Positions 29,189-38,300 of a DNA stretch of 64,000 bases are shown piece by piece; within the stretch, counting starts at the first letter, position 1; the number at the start of each line of letters is the position of its first letter. The stretch comes from Candidatus Omnitrophota bacterium. GTDB taxonomy: Bacteria > Omnitrophota > Gorgyraeia > Gorgyraeales > Gorgyraeaceae. Location: positions 9,929-73,928 of the forward strand of contig DNHS01000011.1 in NCBI GenBank assembly GCA_003485765.1. Direction: 5' to 3'. Position numbers and translations under genes: made by a program. Under the pieces are notes generated by a model that saw only the letters and a program-made list of their open reading frames with translations, searched no databases and was not told the origin of the DNA.

Positions 29189-29863
29189 ATGAAAATACTC
29201 TTGGGTGATAAGGCCAACATAATCATACGCGTCATGATGTCTCAGCCCGACAGGAAGTGGGTTGCGAGAGACTTTGAGAAAGAGTTTGGCGTAGGTCGCG
29301 CGCGCGCGGCCGCGGTATTATCCGCATTACGCGTGAAGGGGTTTGTCGGCGGAATTCGTTCCGGCAGGCTTGCTCATAGCGTATTGCAAAACAAAGAGGA
29401 GCTACTCGAGGAATGGCTCAAGGTTTATAAGTTTGAGCTTAATGAAGCACATCTTTATTACTCAGCTCGTGAAGATATTTTAAGTCGCTTAAAAGAATAT
29501 TTCGCGGCCAAGAATGAATCCAAGAAGTACGCCTTAACGCTTCATACCGGCGCGAATTTTATTACGCATTACGTAAATACACCAACGATATATTGCTATT
29601 TGTCGGCTGAAAAATTCAAGAATGCTTCGCTGGACTTAAGACAGTCTCTTGACCTTAAAGAATTGAAGAAAGGCGGTAATATTTATTTAATAAAACCGTA
29701 CTATAAAAATACTGTATTTTTCAATACCCAAACGATAAAAGACTACAACGTTGTTTCGGATCTCCAGCTTTACTTGGATCTGTACCACTTTCCGCAGAGA
29801 GGCAGAGATCATGCGGAATATTTGCTAAAAACCTTAAAAGAGGAAGGAAAGAACATTGTCTAA
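29189..29863 (+). CDS. Putative winged-HTH regulator / AbiEi-like antitoxin
   Basis: ATG at 29189 follows the RBS GAGGGAG; the track start at 29129 lies within the operator. N-terminal wHTH-like segment, about 224 aa. The stop overlaps the next gene by 8 nt. Confidence 0.4.
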   Translation: MKILLGDKANIIIRVMMSQPDRKWVARDFEKEFGVGRARAAAVLSALRVKGFVGGIRSGRLAHSVLQNKEELLEEWLKVYKFELNEAHLYYSAREDILSRLKEYFAAKNESKKYALTLHTGANFITHYVNTPTIYCYLSAEKFKNASLDLRQSLDLKELKKGGNIYLIKPYYKNTVFFNTQTIKDYNVVSDLQLYLDLYHFPQRGRDHAEYLLKTLKEEGKNIV

Positions 29864-30647
29864 AGAATTTTCCGGAGAAAAACTCCTCATCAAAGTCATA
29901 GACGATCTTGCAGATTTCTTGCCGTATTTGGTCCTTGTCGGAGGTTGGGTGCCATATATCTACGCCAGATATATTTGGAAGAATGTCCCCAATATGGCAG
30001 TAACAACTGGAGACATAGACTTTGGTGTTGGCGCACAGGATTACAACGGCAAGGATACTGTCGCTTCCTGTGTGCAAAGACTGGGTTACGGAGAGCGCCA
30101 TGTTTCTATGGATAGGTCATTTCCATTCGTTCCTATTGTTAAAGACGCCTCTGGAGACGTGAAAGCCGAAGTTGAATTTATTACTGATCCCAAGGTCTCG
30201 AGAAAGCTTGTAAATAAAATCGTAGGCCAAGAGATCAAGATCAATGAGATTCAGCATTTCAGTTTACTGCTTGGTTCCGTTTTAACGGCGCAAATGGACC
30301 TAAAGAGTATTCAGATACCGACCGAATCGATGTTTACTTTCCACAAATTACTTACATTTGTCGATCGGGAGAATAAGGAGAAATTAAGGAAGGATCTGTA
30401 TTACGTTTACTATATGCTGAGATTCTGCCCTAAAAGGGAACAACTTGCTGATGATGTGGTTGCTCTTATTAAAAAACGAAAAGAAGGAAAACAGGTAAAC
30501 GAAAATCTCAAAGAGTATTTCAGTAGCGTGGATTCAAAAGGACCTCTTTTTGTAGAGCAGGAAAACGGCCCAGATGCTTATATTGATAATGTGAGACAGG
30601 ATGCCTTTGATAAGTTTAGCGGAATCAGGGGAAGGGTTGAGGAGTGA
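29856..30647 (+). CDS. Nucleotidyltransferase, AbiEii/AbiGii-toxin-like
   Basis: Polymerase-beta-type NTase motif LVGGW...TTGDIDFGV near the N-terminus; 263 aa. Translationally coupled to its neighbours. Confidence 0.45.
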   Translation: MSKEFSGEKLLIKVIDDLADFLPYLVLVGGWVPYIYARYIWKNVPNMAVTTGDIDFGVGAQDYNGKDTVASCVQRLGYGERHVSMDRSFPFVPIVKDASGDVKAEVEFITDPKVSRKLVNKIVGQEIKINEIQHFSLLLGSVLTAQMDLKSIQIPTESMFTFHKLLTFVDRENKEKLRKDLYYVYYMLRFCPKREQLADDVVALIKKRKEGKQVNENLKEYFSSVDSKGPLFVEQENGPDAYIDNVRQDAFDKFSGIRGRVEE

Positions 30648-31336
30648 AGACCTACGCTATCGGGGACATCCATGGCGCTTACAAGGCGTTGATGCAGTGT
30701 TTTAAGCGCGCGAAATTCGATTATATAAAAGACCGTCTGATTGTGATGGGCGATGTTTGTGATGGGTATCCGGACGTTAAGCAGTGCATTGATGAGCTTT
30801 TGAAAATTAAGCACTGCGATCTGGTCATTGGCAATCATGATATGTGGGCTCTGGACTGGGCTTTGCGCGGCGATAAGCCGGAGATATGGACGAGTCAGGG
30901 CGGTGACCGGACAATGGCGTCTTATAACGGCGGTCCCATGCCGCAGGCGCACATCGATTTCTTGAAGGGCGGACAACTCTGGATCGAGCGAGACGAACAG
31001 GTTTTTGTGCATGGCGGGTTTAATCCGGATATATCGCTTTCAAGTCATAGCGCGCAGGCATTGGTCTGGGATAGAAGGCTCCTTGACTTGGCATGGAAGA
31101 AGCAGGTAGACGGGCATAAATGTCAATTAGGCAAGTACAAGGACATATTCGTCGGCCACACGACCACCGAGCTTTACAACACGTTACAGCCGATCCATGT
31201 GTGTAATGTTTGGAATATCGATACCGGAGCTGGATGGTCAGGGAAGCTAACTATAATGGATGTTGATACAAAGGAATATTGGCAGGCAGATTTGACGCCG
31301 GATTTATACGGCGGAACGCCTGATAGGATAAAATAA
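30644..31336 (+). CDS. Calcineurin-like metallophosphoesterase (PPP-family phosphatase)
   Basis: GDIHG, GDVCDGY and GNHD motifs. Overlaps the previous stop by 4 nt. Local GC is clearly higher than elsewhere in the window. Confidence 0.7.
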   Translation: MKTYAIGDIHGAYKALMQCFKRAKFDYIKDRLIVMGDVCDGYPDVKQCIDELLKIKHCDLVIGNHDMWALDWALRGDKPEIWTSQGGDRTMASYNGGPMPQAHIDFLKGGQLWIERDEQVFVHGGFNPDISLSSHSAQALVWDRRLLDLAWKKQVDGHKCQLGKYKDIFVGHTTTELYNTLQPIHVCNVWNIDTGAGWSGKLTIMDVDTKEYWQADLTPDLYGGTPDRIK

Positions 31337-31339
31337 CGC

Positions 31340-31894
31340 ATGAATAGCAGAAAGACCATTCCTATTATCCACATTATCGGCTTGCCGGGTGCTGGGAAAA
31401 CGACATTATCTCGAAGATTAAGTAAGGTATTAAAAGTGCCGGTGATTCATATCGGTTACCATAGGGCGCGATTTCTACAGACGCCTATGGGTGAGGCCGA
31501 CGCGTGGATTGCGTTGTTTCGGGAGCTATCGCGGCGCCGATGGAAGAATTGTATACTCGAAACCACAGGGTTGAATCGTAGAGAAGAATTCCTAAGAACA
31601 GCATTGCCTTTTGAGCAGGTCTTTACGATCAAGTTGGACGCGTCTCGTAAGACCCTTGCCGCGCGTATTCGTAAAAAGAAGAAACGAGATCGAGGGGGCA
31701 GGTGGTTTTACGGTGCGGAATACCGGAATAAATATGAATTTGTCCGAAAGCTCTTCAAACACTTTCGTAAAATTCCCGCAAATTGTCGTATTAACACCAA
31801 CCGACTAACCAGTGCAGCGGTGTATCAGCTGGCACTCAAAGAAATCAATTTTATGGGATCAATTATGACGGTAAATCATAATCATTCATCTTAA
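31340..31894 (+). CDS. P-loop NTPase / small-molecule or polynucleotide kinase-like protein
   Basis: Walker A GLPGAGKTT at the N-terminus; 184 aa, basic C-terminal half; 3 nt after the phosphoesterase stop. Confidence 0.5.
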   Translation: MNSRKTIPIIHIIGLPGAGKTTLSRRLSKVLKVPVIHIGYHRARFLQTPMGEADAWIALFRELSRRRWKNCILETTGLNRREEFLRTALPFEQVFTIKLDASRKTLAARIRKKKKRDRGGRWFYGAEYRNKYEFVRKLFKHFRKIPANCRINTNRLTSAAVYQLALKEINFMGSIMTVNHNHSS

Positions 31895-31909
31895 AAATAT
31901 AGGCGATGA

Positions 31910-33130
31910 ATGAGAGCGACTTTACATAATATGTTTAAAAACAATGAGTTACAAAAAACAGTCTACATCCGTACCTTCGGTTGCCAGATGAATGAGCATG
32001 ATTCCGGCAGGTTAAAGGACTTGCTATTAGAGCGGGGTTATACCTTTTGCGATAGTCTGGAATTTGCGGATGTGGTTATTTTTAATACCTGCAGCGTCAG
32101 GAAACATGCTGAGGATAGGGTATATGGTAAGGTAGGGGAGCTCCAAAAATTAAAGGCCAAGAAACCAGGCCTTATAGTAGGCATTATCGGGTGTATGGCA
32201 GAGGCGCAGAAAGACGAGATTTTTAGAAGGCTTCCTATTGTAAATTTTTTATGCGGGCCAGCTGATTTAGATAATGTTCCCGGCATTATTGATAGAATTA
32301 AAAACGGCGCAGGCCGTATTATGTATCTGGAAGGCTATAAATCAAAAATAATCCCAGCCTTTTCCAGAAACAGAAAAACCGGCGAAACTGCGTATGTAAA
32401 AATAATGGAAGGCTGCGATAAATTTTGTTCATATTGCATAGTTCCTTATGTTCGGGGCATGGAAAGAAGCAGGCCATCAAAGGAGATTTTAGAAGAAATA
32501 GAGTCATTGATAAAAAAAGGCGCTAAAAATATTACACTATTAGGCCAGAATGTTAATTCATATGGCAAAGGCCTTCAGGAAAAAATCAATTTTGTCGCTC
32601 TCCTTACAAAAATAGATAAATTAACCTCTATCCATCCCAGGGGCGCCATCCCAGGGGCGCCATCCCAGGGGCGCGAAGGTGATATTAAAATAAGTTTTTT
32701 TACCAGCCATCCGAAGGATGCAAGCTTGGAATTATTCAGAGCAATAAGGGATCTAAAATCTATAGTAAAAATCTTGCATTTACCTATCCAGTCCGGCTCG
32801 GATAAAATACTAAAGAGAATGAATCGAAAATATACAGTAGCGAAATATAAAAAGCTCGCAGGTGATTACAAAAAAATTGTTAAAAGCGGCAATATCAGCG
32901 GAGATATTATTGTGGGTTTTCCGGGCGAGACAGAGAAAGATTTTAATGATACCTTTAATATAGTCAAAAAACTTCAATTTGACGCAGCTTATATCTTTAA
33001 ATATTCTCCCAGGCCTTTTACAAAAGCAGCTGGATTTAAAGATGACGTGAGCCTTGAAGAAAAAGAAAGGCGCCACACTTTGCTTCTAGATTTACAAAGA
33101 AGCATATTATTAAATAAAAAATGCCAGTAA
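31910..33130 (+). CDS. miaB: tRNA-i6A37 methylthiotransferase MiaB
   Basis: MTTase N-terminal Cys triad (FGCQMNEHDS...NTCSVR...GCMA), radical SAM CDKFCSYC and a TRAM-like C-terminus. Contains an in-frame 3 x 14-nt tandem repeat. Confidence 0.8.
   Translation: MRATLHNMFKNNELQKTVYIRTFGCQMNEHDSGRLKDLLLERGYTFCDSLEFADVVIFNTCSVRKHAEDRVYGKVGELQKLKAKKPGLIVGIIGCMAEAQKDEIFRRLPIVNFLCGPADLDNVPGIIDRIKNGAGRIMYLEGYKSKIIPAFSRNRKTGETAYVKIMEGCDKFCSYCIVPYVRGMERSRPSKEILEEIESLIKKGAKNITLLGQNVNSYGKGLQEKINFVALLTKIDKLTSIHPRGAIPGAPSQGREGDIKISFFTSHPKDASLELFRAIRDLKSIVKILHLPIQSGSDKILKRMNRKYTVAKYKKLAGDYKKIVKSGNISGDIIVGFPGETEKDFNDTFNIVKKLQFDAAYIFKYSPRPFTKAAGFKDDVSLEEKERRHTLLLDLQRSILLNKKCQ
32632..32673 (+). repeat. Perfect tandem repeat, 3 copies of CCATCCCAGGGGCG, inside miaB
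   Basis: Read directly from the sequence. It encodes the inserted peptide HPRGAIPGAPSQGR in a loop of MiaB. It is GC-rich within an AT-rich gene. Confidence 0.9.
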
Positions 33131-33999
33131 TATTTTTAATAGGCCCTACAGCCTCAGGGAAAACCAGCCTGTCTTTAAAACTTGCGCGAAAGTTAAATGC
33201 CGAGATTATCTCCTGCGATTCAATGTGTGTCTATAAAGGCATGAATATACTTACCTCTAAACCTTCTGCGGACGACATGGAAAAAGTAAAACATCATCTT
33301 ATAGACATAATTCAGCCCACTAGAGAATTTAGCGTTGCTGAATACCGCTCTATGGCGCTTGAAAAAATAGAAGAGATTCTGAAGCGCAAAAAAAACCCTT
33401 TATTTGTTGGCGGCAGCGGCTTGTATATCAAAGCTGTTATAGATGGCCTTTTCCCATCAGCTGAAAAAGATCTAAGGTTTAGAAAAAAACAGGAGGCCCT
33501 TGCCGAGAAATACGGCAAAAGCTATTTATATAAAAAATTGTGGAAAATAGATTCTGATCGAGCTAAAAAAATACATCCAAATGACTTAAGGCGCGTTATA
33601 AGAGCGCTTGAAATTTACCATACGGAAAAAAAGCGGCCTTCTGAATTAGCGATAGATACAAAGCCGTTGAAATATGACTTTAAAATCTTTGGCCTCAAGC
33701 TTGATAGAGATGAACTTTACAAAAATATAGATGATAGAGTATATCAGATGTTTAAAAAGGGCATTGTTGAAGAGGTAAGAAAGCTTTCCAAGAAAAAACT
33801 TAGCATGACCAGCCAGAAGGCATTGGGGTATGGTGAAGTTTTGGGCTATTTAAAAGGCGAATATTCTCTGGAAGATGCCAAAGAGCTTCTTAAGAAAAAC
33901 ACCCGTCATTTTGCCAAAAAACAGCTGACCTGGTTCCGTCCCGACCGCCGCATAATCTGGGCCTCTAACTTTACAACTGGTGCCTGGCACCATTTGTAA
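33121..33999 (+). CDS. miaA: tRNA dimethylallyltransferase
   Basis: P-loop GPTASGKT and the overall IPT-family pattern; 292 aa. Confidence 0.85.
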   Translation: MPVIFLIGPTASGKTSLSLKLARKLNAEIISCDSMCVYKGMNILTSKPSADDMEKVKHHLIDIIQPTREFSVAEYRSMALEKIEEILKRKKNPLFVGGSGLYIKAVIDGLFPSAEKDLRFRKKQEALAEKYGKSYLYKKLWKIDSDRAKKIHPNDLRRVIRALEIYHTEKKRPSELAIDTKPLKYDFKIFGLKLDRDELYKNIDDRVYQMFKKGIVEEVRKLSKKKLSMTSQKALGYGEVLGYLKGEYSLEDAKELLKKNTRHFAKKQLTWFRPDRRIIWASNFTTGAWHHL

Positions 34000-34027
34000 A
34001 GTTAGGGATGGGTAAGGGGTTATTGGT

Positions 34028-35257
34028 ATGGAAAAAGCGGTATTAGTGACAGTTGATATGAATGAAAGGTTCGAGTGGCCGCTGGAGGCAAGGGCTGCGG
34101 AGCTCAAAGAACTCGCGTGTTCTAGCGGCGCATCTGTAGTGGCCGAGATATTGTGCCACAAGGAAAAACCTTCCCCTGATTTATTTATAGGTAAAGGTAA
34201 GTTTGAAGAATTATGCCAGCTTGTTTACCAGAAAAAGGCAAATCTAGTGATATTTAATAATGACCTTACGCCTACTCAGCTTAGGAATATAGAAAAAGGC
34301 ATGGCTGATATCAGGACTATTGACAGGACCCAGCTTATACTGGATATTTTTGCTAAGAATGCCAGGAGCGTAGAGGGCAAAGTCCAGATAGAACTGGCGC
34401 AGTTAGAATATTTACTGCCGCGGCTTACAGGAAAAGGCATTCATCTGTCCAGGCTTGGAGGCGGCATAGGCACCAGGGGCCCTGGAGAAAAGTTATTGGA
34501 ATATGACCGCCGTAAGATCAAGCGCAGTATCTTAAAATTGAAAGAAAAATTGGGAGACATAGAGAAAAGGCGGACAGCTTTACGCAAAAGACGCAGTGAA
34601 GCAATGCTTACAACAGTAGCGATCATAGGCTATACAAACGCAGGCAAAACAACTCTTTTAAATCAATTGACCAATTCTAAAAATCTGGTCGCGAACCGGC
34701 TTTTCAGCACTCTTGACCCGGTTGCAAGGAGTTATACGCTTCCGAATAATCAGAAGGTTCTGTTTTTGGATACGGTCGGGTTTTTGCATAACCTGCCGCA
34801 TCATCTTGTAGAGGCGTTTAAGTCAACGCTTGAAGAAGTAAAGATGGCTGATATACTTTTGCACGTATTGGATGCCTCAAGTGAAAAAATCCACGAGCAG
34901 GATGAGGCTGTATATAAGGTATTAAAAGAATTAGAGGCGGAAAATAAAATTGTTATAGAAGTGCTGAATAAAATAGATCTTGTGGACAGCCCGGATCGCA
35001 TAAACCGCCTGAAAAAAGATTTTGAAAAATCTACGCTCGTGTCCAGTTTGACAGGCCTAGGCATGCCCATGCTCATAGAAGAGATATCTCAACTGCTTTC
35101 AGGCCTTGTCACTGATATCAAAATAGACGTACCCAACAACAGAATGGATTTGGTAAACTTAATTTATGAGAATGGCAAGGTGAATTACAGAGAAGACAGA
35201 CTAGAATCAGTTTACCTGGAAGCAACTATCCCAGTTCGCCTAAAGCATTTAATATAA
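34028..35257 (+). CDS. hflX: GTPase HflX
   Basis: HflX N-terminal domain followed by a GTPase domain with G1 GYTNAGKTTL, G3 DTVGF and G4 NKID. Confidence 0.85.
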   Translation: MEKAVLVTVDMNERFEWPLEARAAELKELACSSGASVVAEILCHKEKPSPDLFIGKGKFEELCQLVYQKKANLVIFNNDLTPTQLRNIEKGMADIRTIDRTQLILDIFAKNARSVEGKVQIELAQLEYLLPRLTGKGIHLSRLGGGIGTRGPGEKLLEYDRRKIKRSILKLKEKLGDIEKRRTALRKRRSEAMLTTVAIIGYTNAGKTTLLNQLTNSKNLVANRLFSTLDPVARSYTLPNNQKVLFLDTVGFLHNLPHHLVEAFKSTLEEVKMADILLHVLDASSEKIHEQDEAVYKVLKELEAENKIVIEVLNKIDLVDSPDRINRLKKDFEKSTLVSSLTGLGMPMLIEEISQLLSGLVTDIKIDVPNNRMDLVNLIYENGKVNYREDRLESVYLEATIPVRLKHLI

Positions 35258-35270
35258 CCCCCCCCTGCTA

Positions 35271-35299
35271 TTGACAACATTGATAATATAGTGTATAAT
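35271..35299 (+). promoter_or_regulatory. Consensus sigma-70 promoter (TTGACA, 17 bp spacer, TATAAT) upstream of the giant ORF
   Basis: -35 at 35271-35276 and -10 at 35294-35299, about 95 nt upstream of the ATG at 35394, in an AT-rich leader. Confidence 0.6.
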
Positions 35300-35393
35300 A
35301 TTACAATAGTAGTTGTTTATTTCTAAAATAAATGTATTTAAAAAGTATTTAAAATAAGTTTATTTATGCAATAATAAAAAACCATGAGTAATT

Positions 35394-38300
35394 ATGTTAG
35401 ACTGGCAGAATAAAACCTGGATTAAGATAATATCAACAGTTCTTATAGTGGCTTTTCTTACATATGACATAGCCTGGGCAACGGACTTTACCCCTCTCCA
35501 GAAAAAACAATACACTTCAAGAAGCCTATTTAAGAATAAAAAAGTCGATCAGACTACCATAAGCTCCCAGAATGAACAAAGCCTAGAAACAATAAAAGAC
35601 GCTCTATCTCATAAAAAGAATAATAATACAAAAGATTCTATATATCACAAAGACTCTACTCTTAGCTTAAAAGCTTCTTATATTAATGATATAGCTAATA
35701 TATATATCAATGATACTCTTGGTAAAGTAATAGATTCTTACACTTCTCCTAATTCAAAAGGAACAGTAATCCATATCCAGGATCTCCACACTAACCCAGA
35801 AGCATCTCTTAACTTAGCAAATATCTTAGAGATTCTGATCAAAGATTATGATCTTAACTTAGTCTGTTCAGAAGGAGCAAGTGGAATAGTAGACACATCT
35901 AGTGTATCAAACTTCCCAGATAAAGATGTAAGGGAAAAAGTCGCTCGAGTCTTTATTAACTCAGGAGAGCTTACAGGAGAAGAGTATCTATCTATAACTA
36001 AATATCCCAATCTACCTATCTGGGGCATAGAAGATAAGGATACATACTTCCAGCATATCATAGAATTCAATAAGATAATAAAGTTCTCCAAAGATGCCCT
36101 GAATCTTATAAATCAAATAAAAGATGAGTTAAATAACCTAAAGCCAAAGATATATTCAAAAGCTCTACTAGACCTAGATTCCAAAGAAATTGAATACCAA
36201 GAATCTAAATTAGATACTACTAAATACCTGGAGTATCTATTAAACTTAGCTAAAGAGATTACTTCGGAAGCCACCTCTAAAAGTTCTCCTCGCAATGACA
36301 TAAGCCTATCTAACTATAAGAATATAACTATCTTTAAAGAAACCCTGAACCTTGAAAAGACAATAGACCAATCTAAGATTATAAAAGAGTCTCAAGAGAT
36401 CCTATCAAGCCTCCAATCTATCTTAAAAGATAAGGACAATAAAAATGAATTAAAGTCATTATCAATAAAAGCATCTCTATTCAAAGATAAGAAAATCTCC
36501 CCATTCTCATTCTATAGCTACTTGGATGAATTAGCCCGCCGACACATAAAAGACTTAGATAGCTATACTAACTTAATTAACTTCGTATCATATTTAAAGA
36601 AAATAAACTCCCTTGATTCCAATAAGCTCTTTAATGAAATAGAAGAACTCACCTTTGATATAAAAGACCTTATCTCAGACAACCCTAACCAGAAACTCCT
36701 CACTAAAGCCTTAAGGAACATACATTTCTTAGAAAGCTTCTTTAATCTCAAAGTCTCGAATGAAGAATTAGAATATTATCTTAAAGATAAGGATAGCTTC
36801 AAAGTAACATTCTTTGAAAGCTACTTAAAAGAAAACCTTCAAAAATACAATATAGATTCTTTCATAAATTATAACCCAGACCTAATAGATAAAAACCTAC
36901 CAGATCTCGAGAACTTCTACGGACTTGCCCATAAAAGAGACCTGGCAATGTTTAATAACACAACAAGCGAGATAGAAACTCGTAAACCTAAATTAACAGC
37001 CCTGATAGCAGGCGGATTCCACACCCAAGGCATAACAAAGCTCTTAAAAGACAATAACTATTCTTATGTAGTTATCTCGCCATATTCAAAGACAACTATA
37101 GATGAAGAGAACTATAGAAACTTATTGGCAGGGAAAAGAAAACCACTTAAAGAACTGATAAAAGGGCTTAATGAGAAATTAAGGCCTCTTATGGGGTTTG
37201 TTAATAGAGGGGTTAGAAAGGATTATAATAATCAAGTACCCCCTACTCTTAGGGTATTAGGCATAATTATTGCTGAAGCGCAGCCTCTTGCAGAAAGAGT
37301 TACGATGCTGCTAGCTGTAGCAGGAGGGCAAACAACAGAGCCCGTTACTACTTTAGCAGCTATAGCTCCTGATCTACACACAGTTGTTACTTCTACAGAA
37401 TCTGTTCTACCTGATGTAAGAATAGAAGGCATTAAACCAGAGGTTACAGCCACAGTACCTCTTGCATACAGTAGCGCTGATCTCACAATGACAGATCCTC
37501 TTGAAGCAGTTTTACCTTCAGCAACGTCTACTTCAAGGGTAGAGGCTGCGGTTGTTTCTTTAACTGATGAAACTTCTGCGTCGTATACTACTACCACGCA
37601 AGTTTTTGCTCCACCAGGAGCTGTTACAACAACAATGCAAGAACAATTAGCTATACTGCCACCAGAAGAAGTTGTAACATTTACAGGCCCAACCATTGGC
37701 CGTACCAGCATATCTACTGTGACCAGCGCAGCTGCTTTACCTAAAGCGAAAACGGTTGTTTCAACAGTGACTACCGCGGTTGCAGGCGCTAGTGTCATGT
37801 TTTTCCAGCAGCAAGGAACTAATGAGCCATTTTCAACTGCATTTTTATTATCAGCAATAGCAGTTGGGATTATTTCGATTGCCTTGTTAGTATTTGTGTT
37901 GTGGCATTCGAAACGCGCCCAGGAGATAGACGAAGTAGAACATTTCTTTAACGAAGAAGCCTATGATAGCGACTCTATTATCGTACCTCTAGATAGGGGC
38001 GAAATAGTTAAAAAGGCGCCTTTTATTATCATGACTATTTTGGCTTGGATTTATTTTGCAGCACACTTAGAGATGTCCCATAAATTTGTATGGTTATTAT
38101 TGATTGTTTCGTTAGGATTCTATGGAGGAGGAGTTTTATCTAATATTATTGAACCTTTGTTGTCAGAGCATATGGAATCGCGCGATTTTAAATCGTTACG
38201 TGGCGCTAATCCTGCTGATCTATTTCAGCTTGCCAATGCTATAGTATCCTATGGGATTATAGGTTACTTCATGGGCCCGGTAATGAATTTAGATACATTT

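Noticed and set aside
31910-31930. Alternative miaB start at the internal Met (MFKNNELQK...)
   Set aside because: Both the ATG at 31910 and the internal ATG are possible. The upstream ATG was kept because it follows the preceding stop by 15 nt. The two could not be discriminated without RBS scoring.
32632-32673. Tandem 14-mer repeats considered as a possible CRISPR or mini-array
   Set aside because: There are only three directly abutting copies with no spacers, and they lie inside a coding sequence. This is not a CRISPR architecture. The same reasoning applies to the operator repeats at 29110-29168.
37232-37798. 188-aa minus-strand ORF in the track, Thr/Val/Ala-rich
   Set aside because: It is the antisense image of the Thr/Val/Ala-rich linker of the giant + strand ORF. 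Low-complexity coding sequence commonly yields long open antisense frames. No start or RBS context was found.
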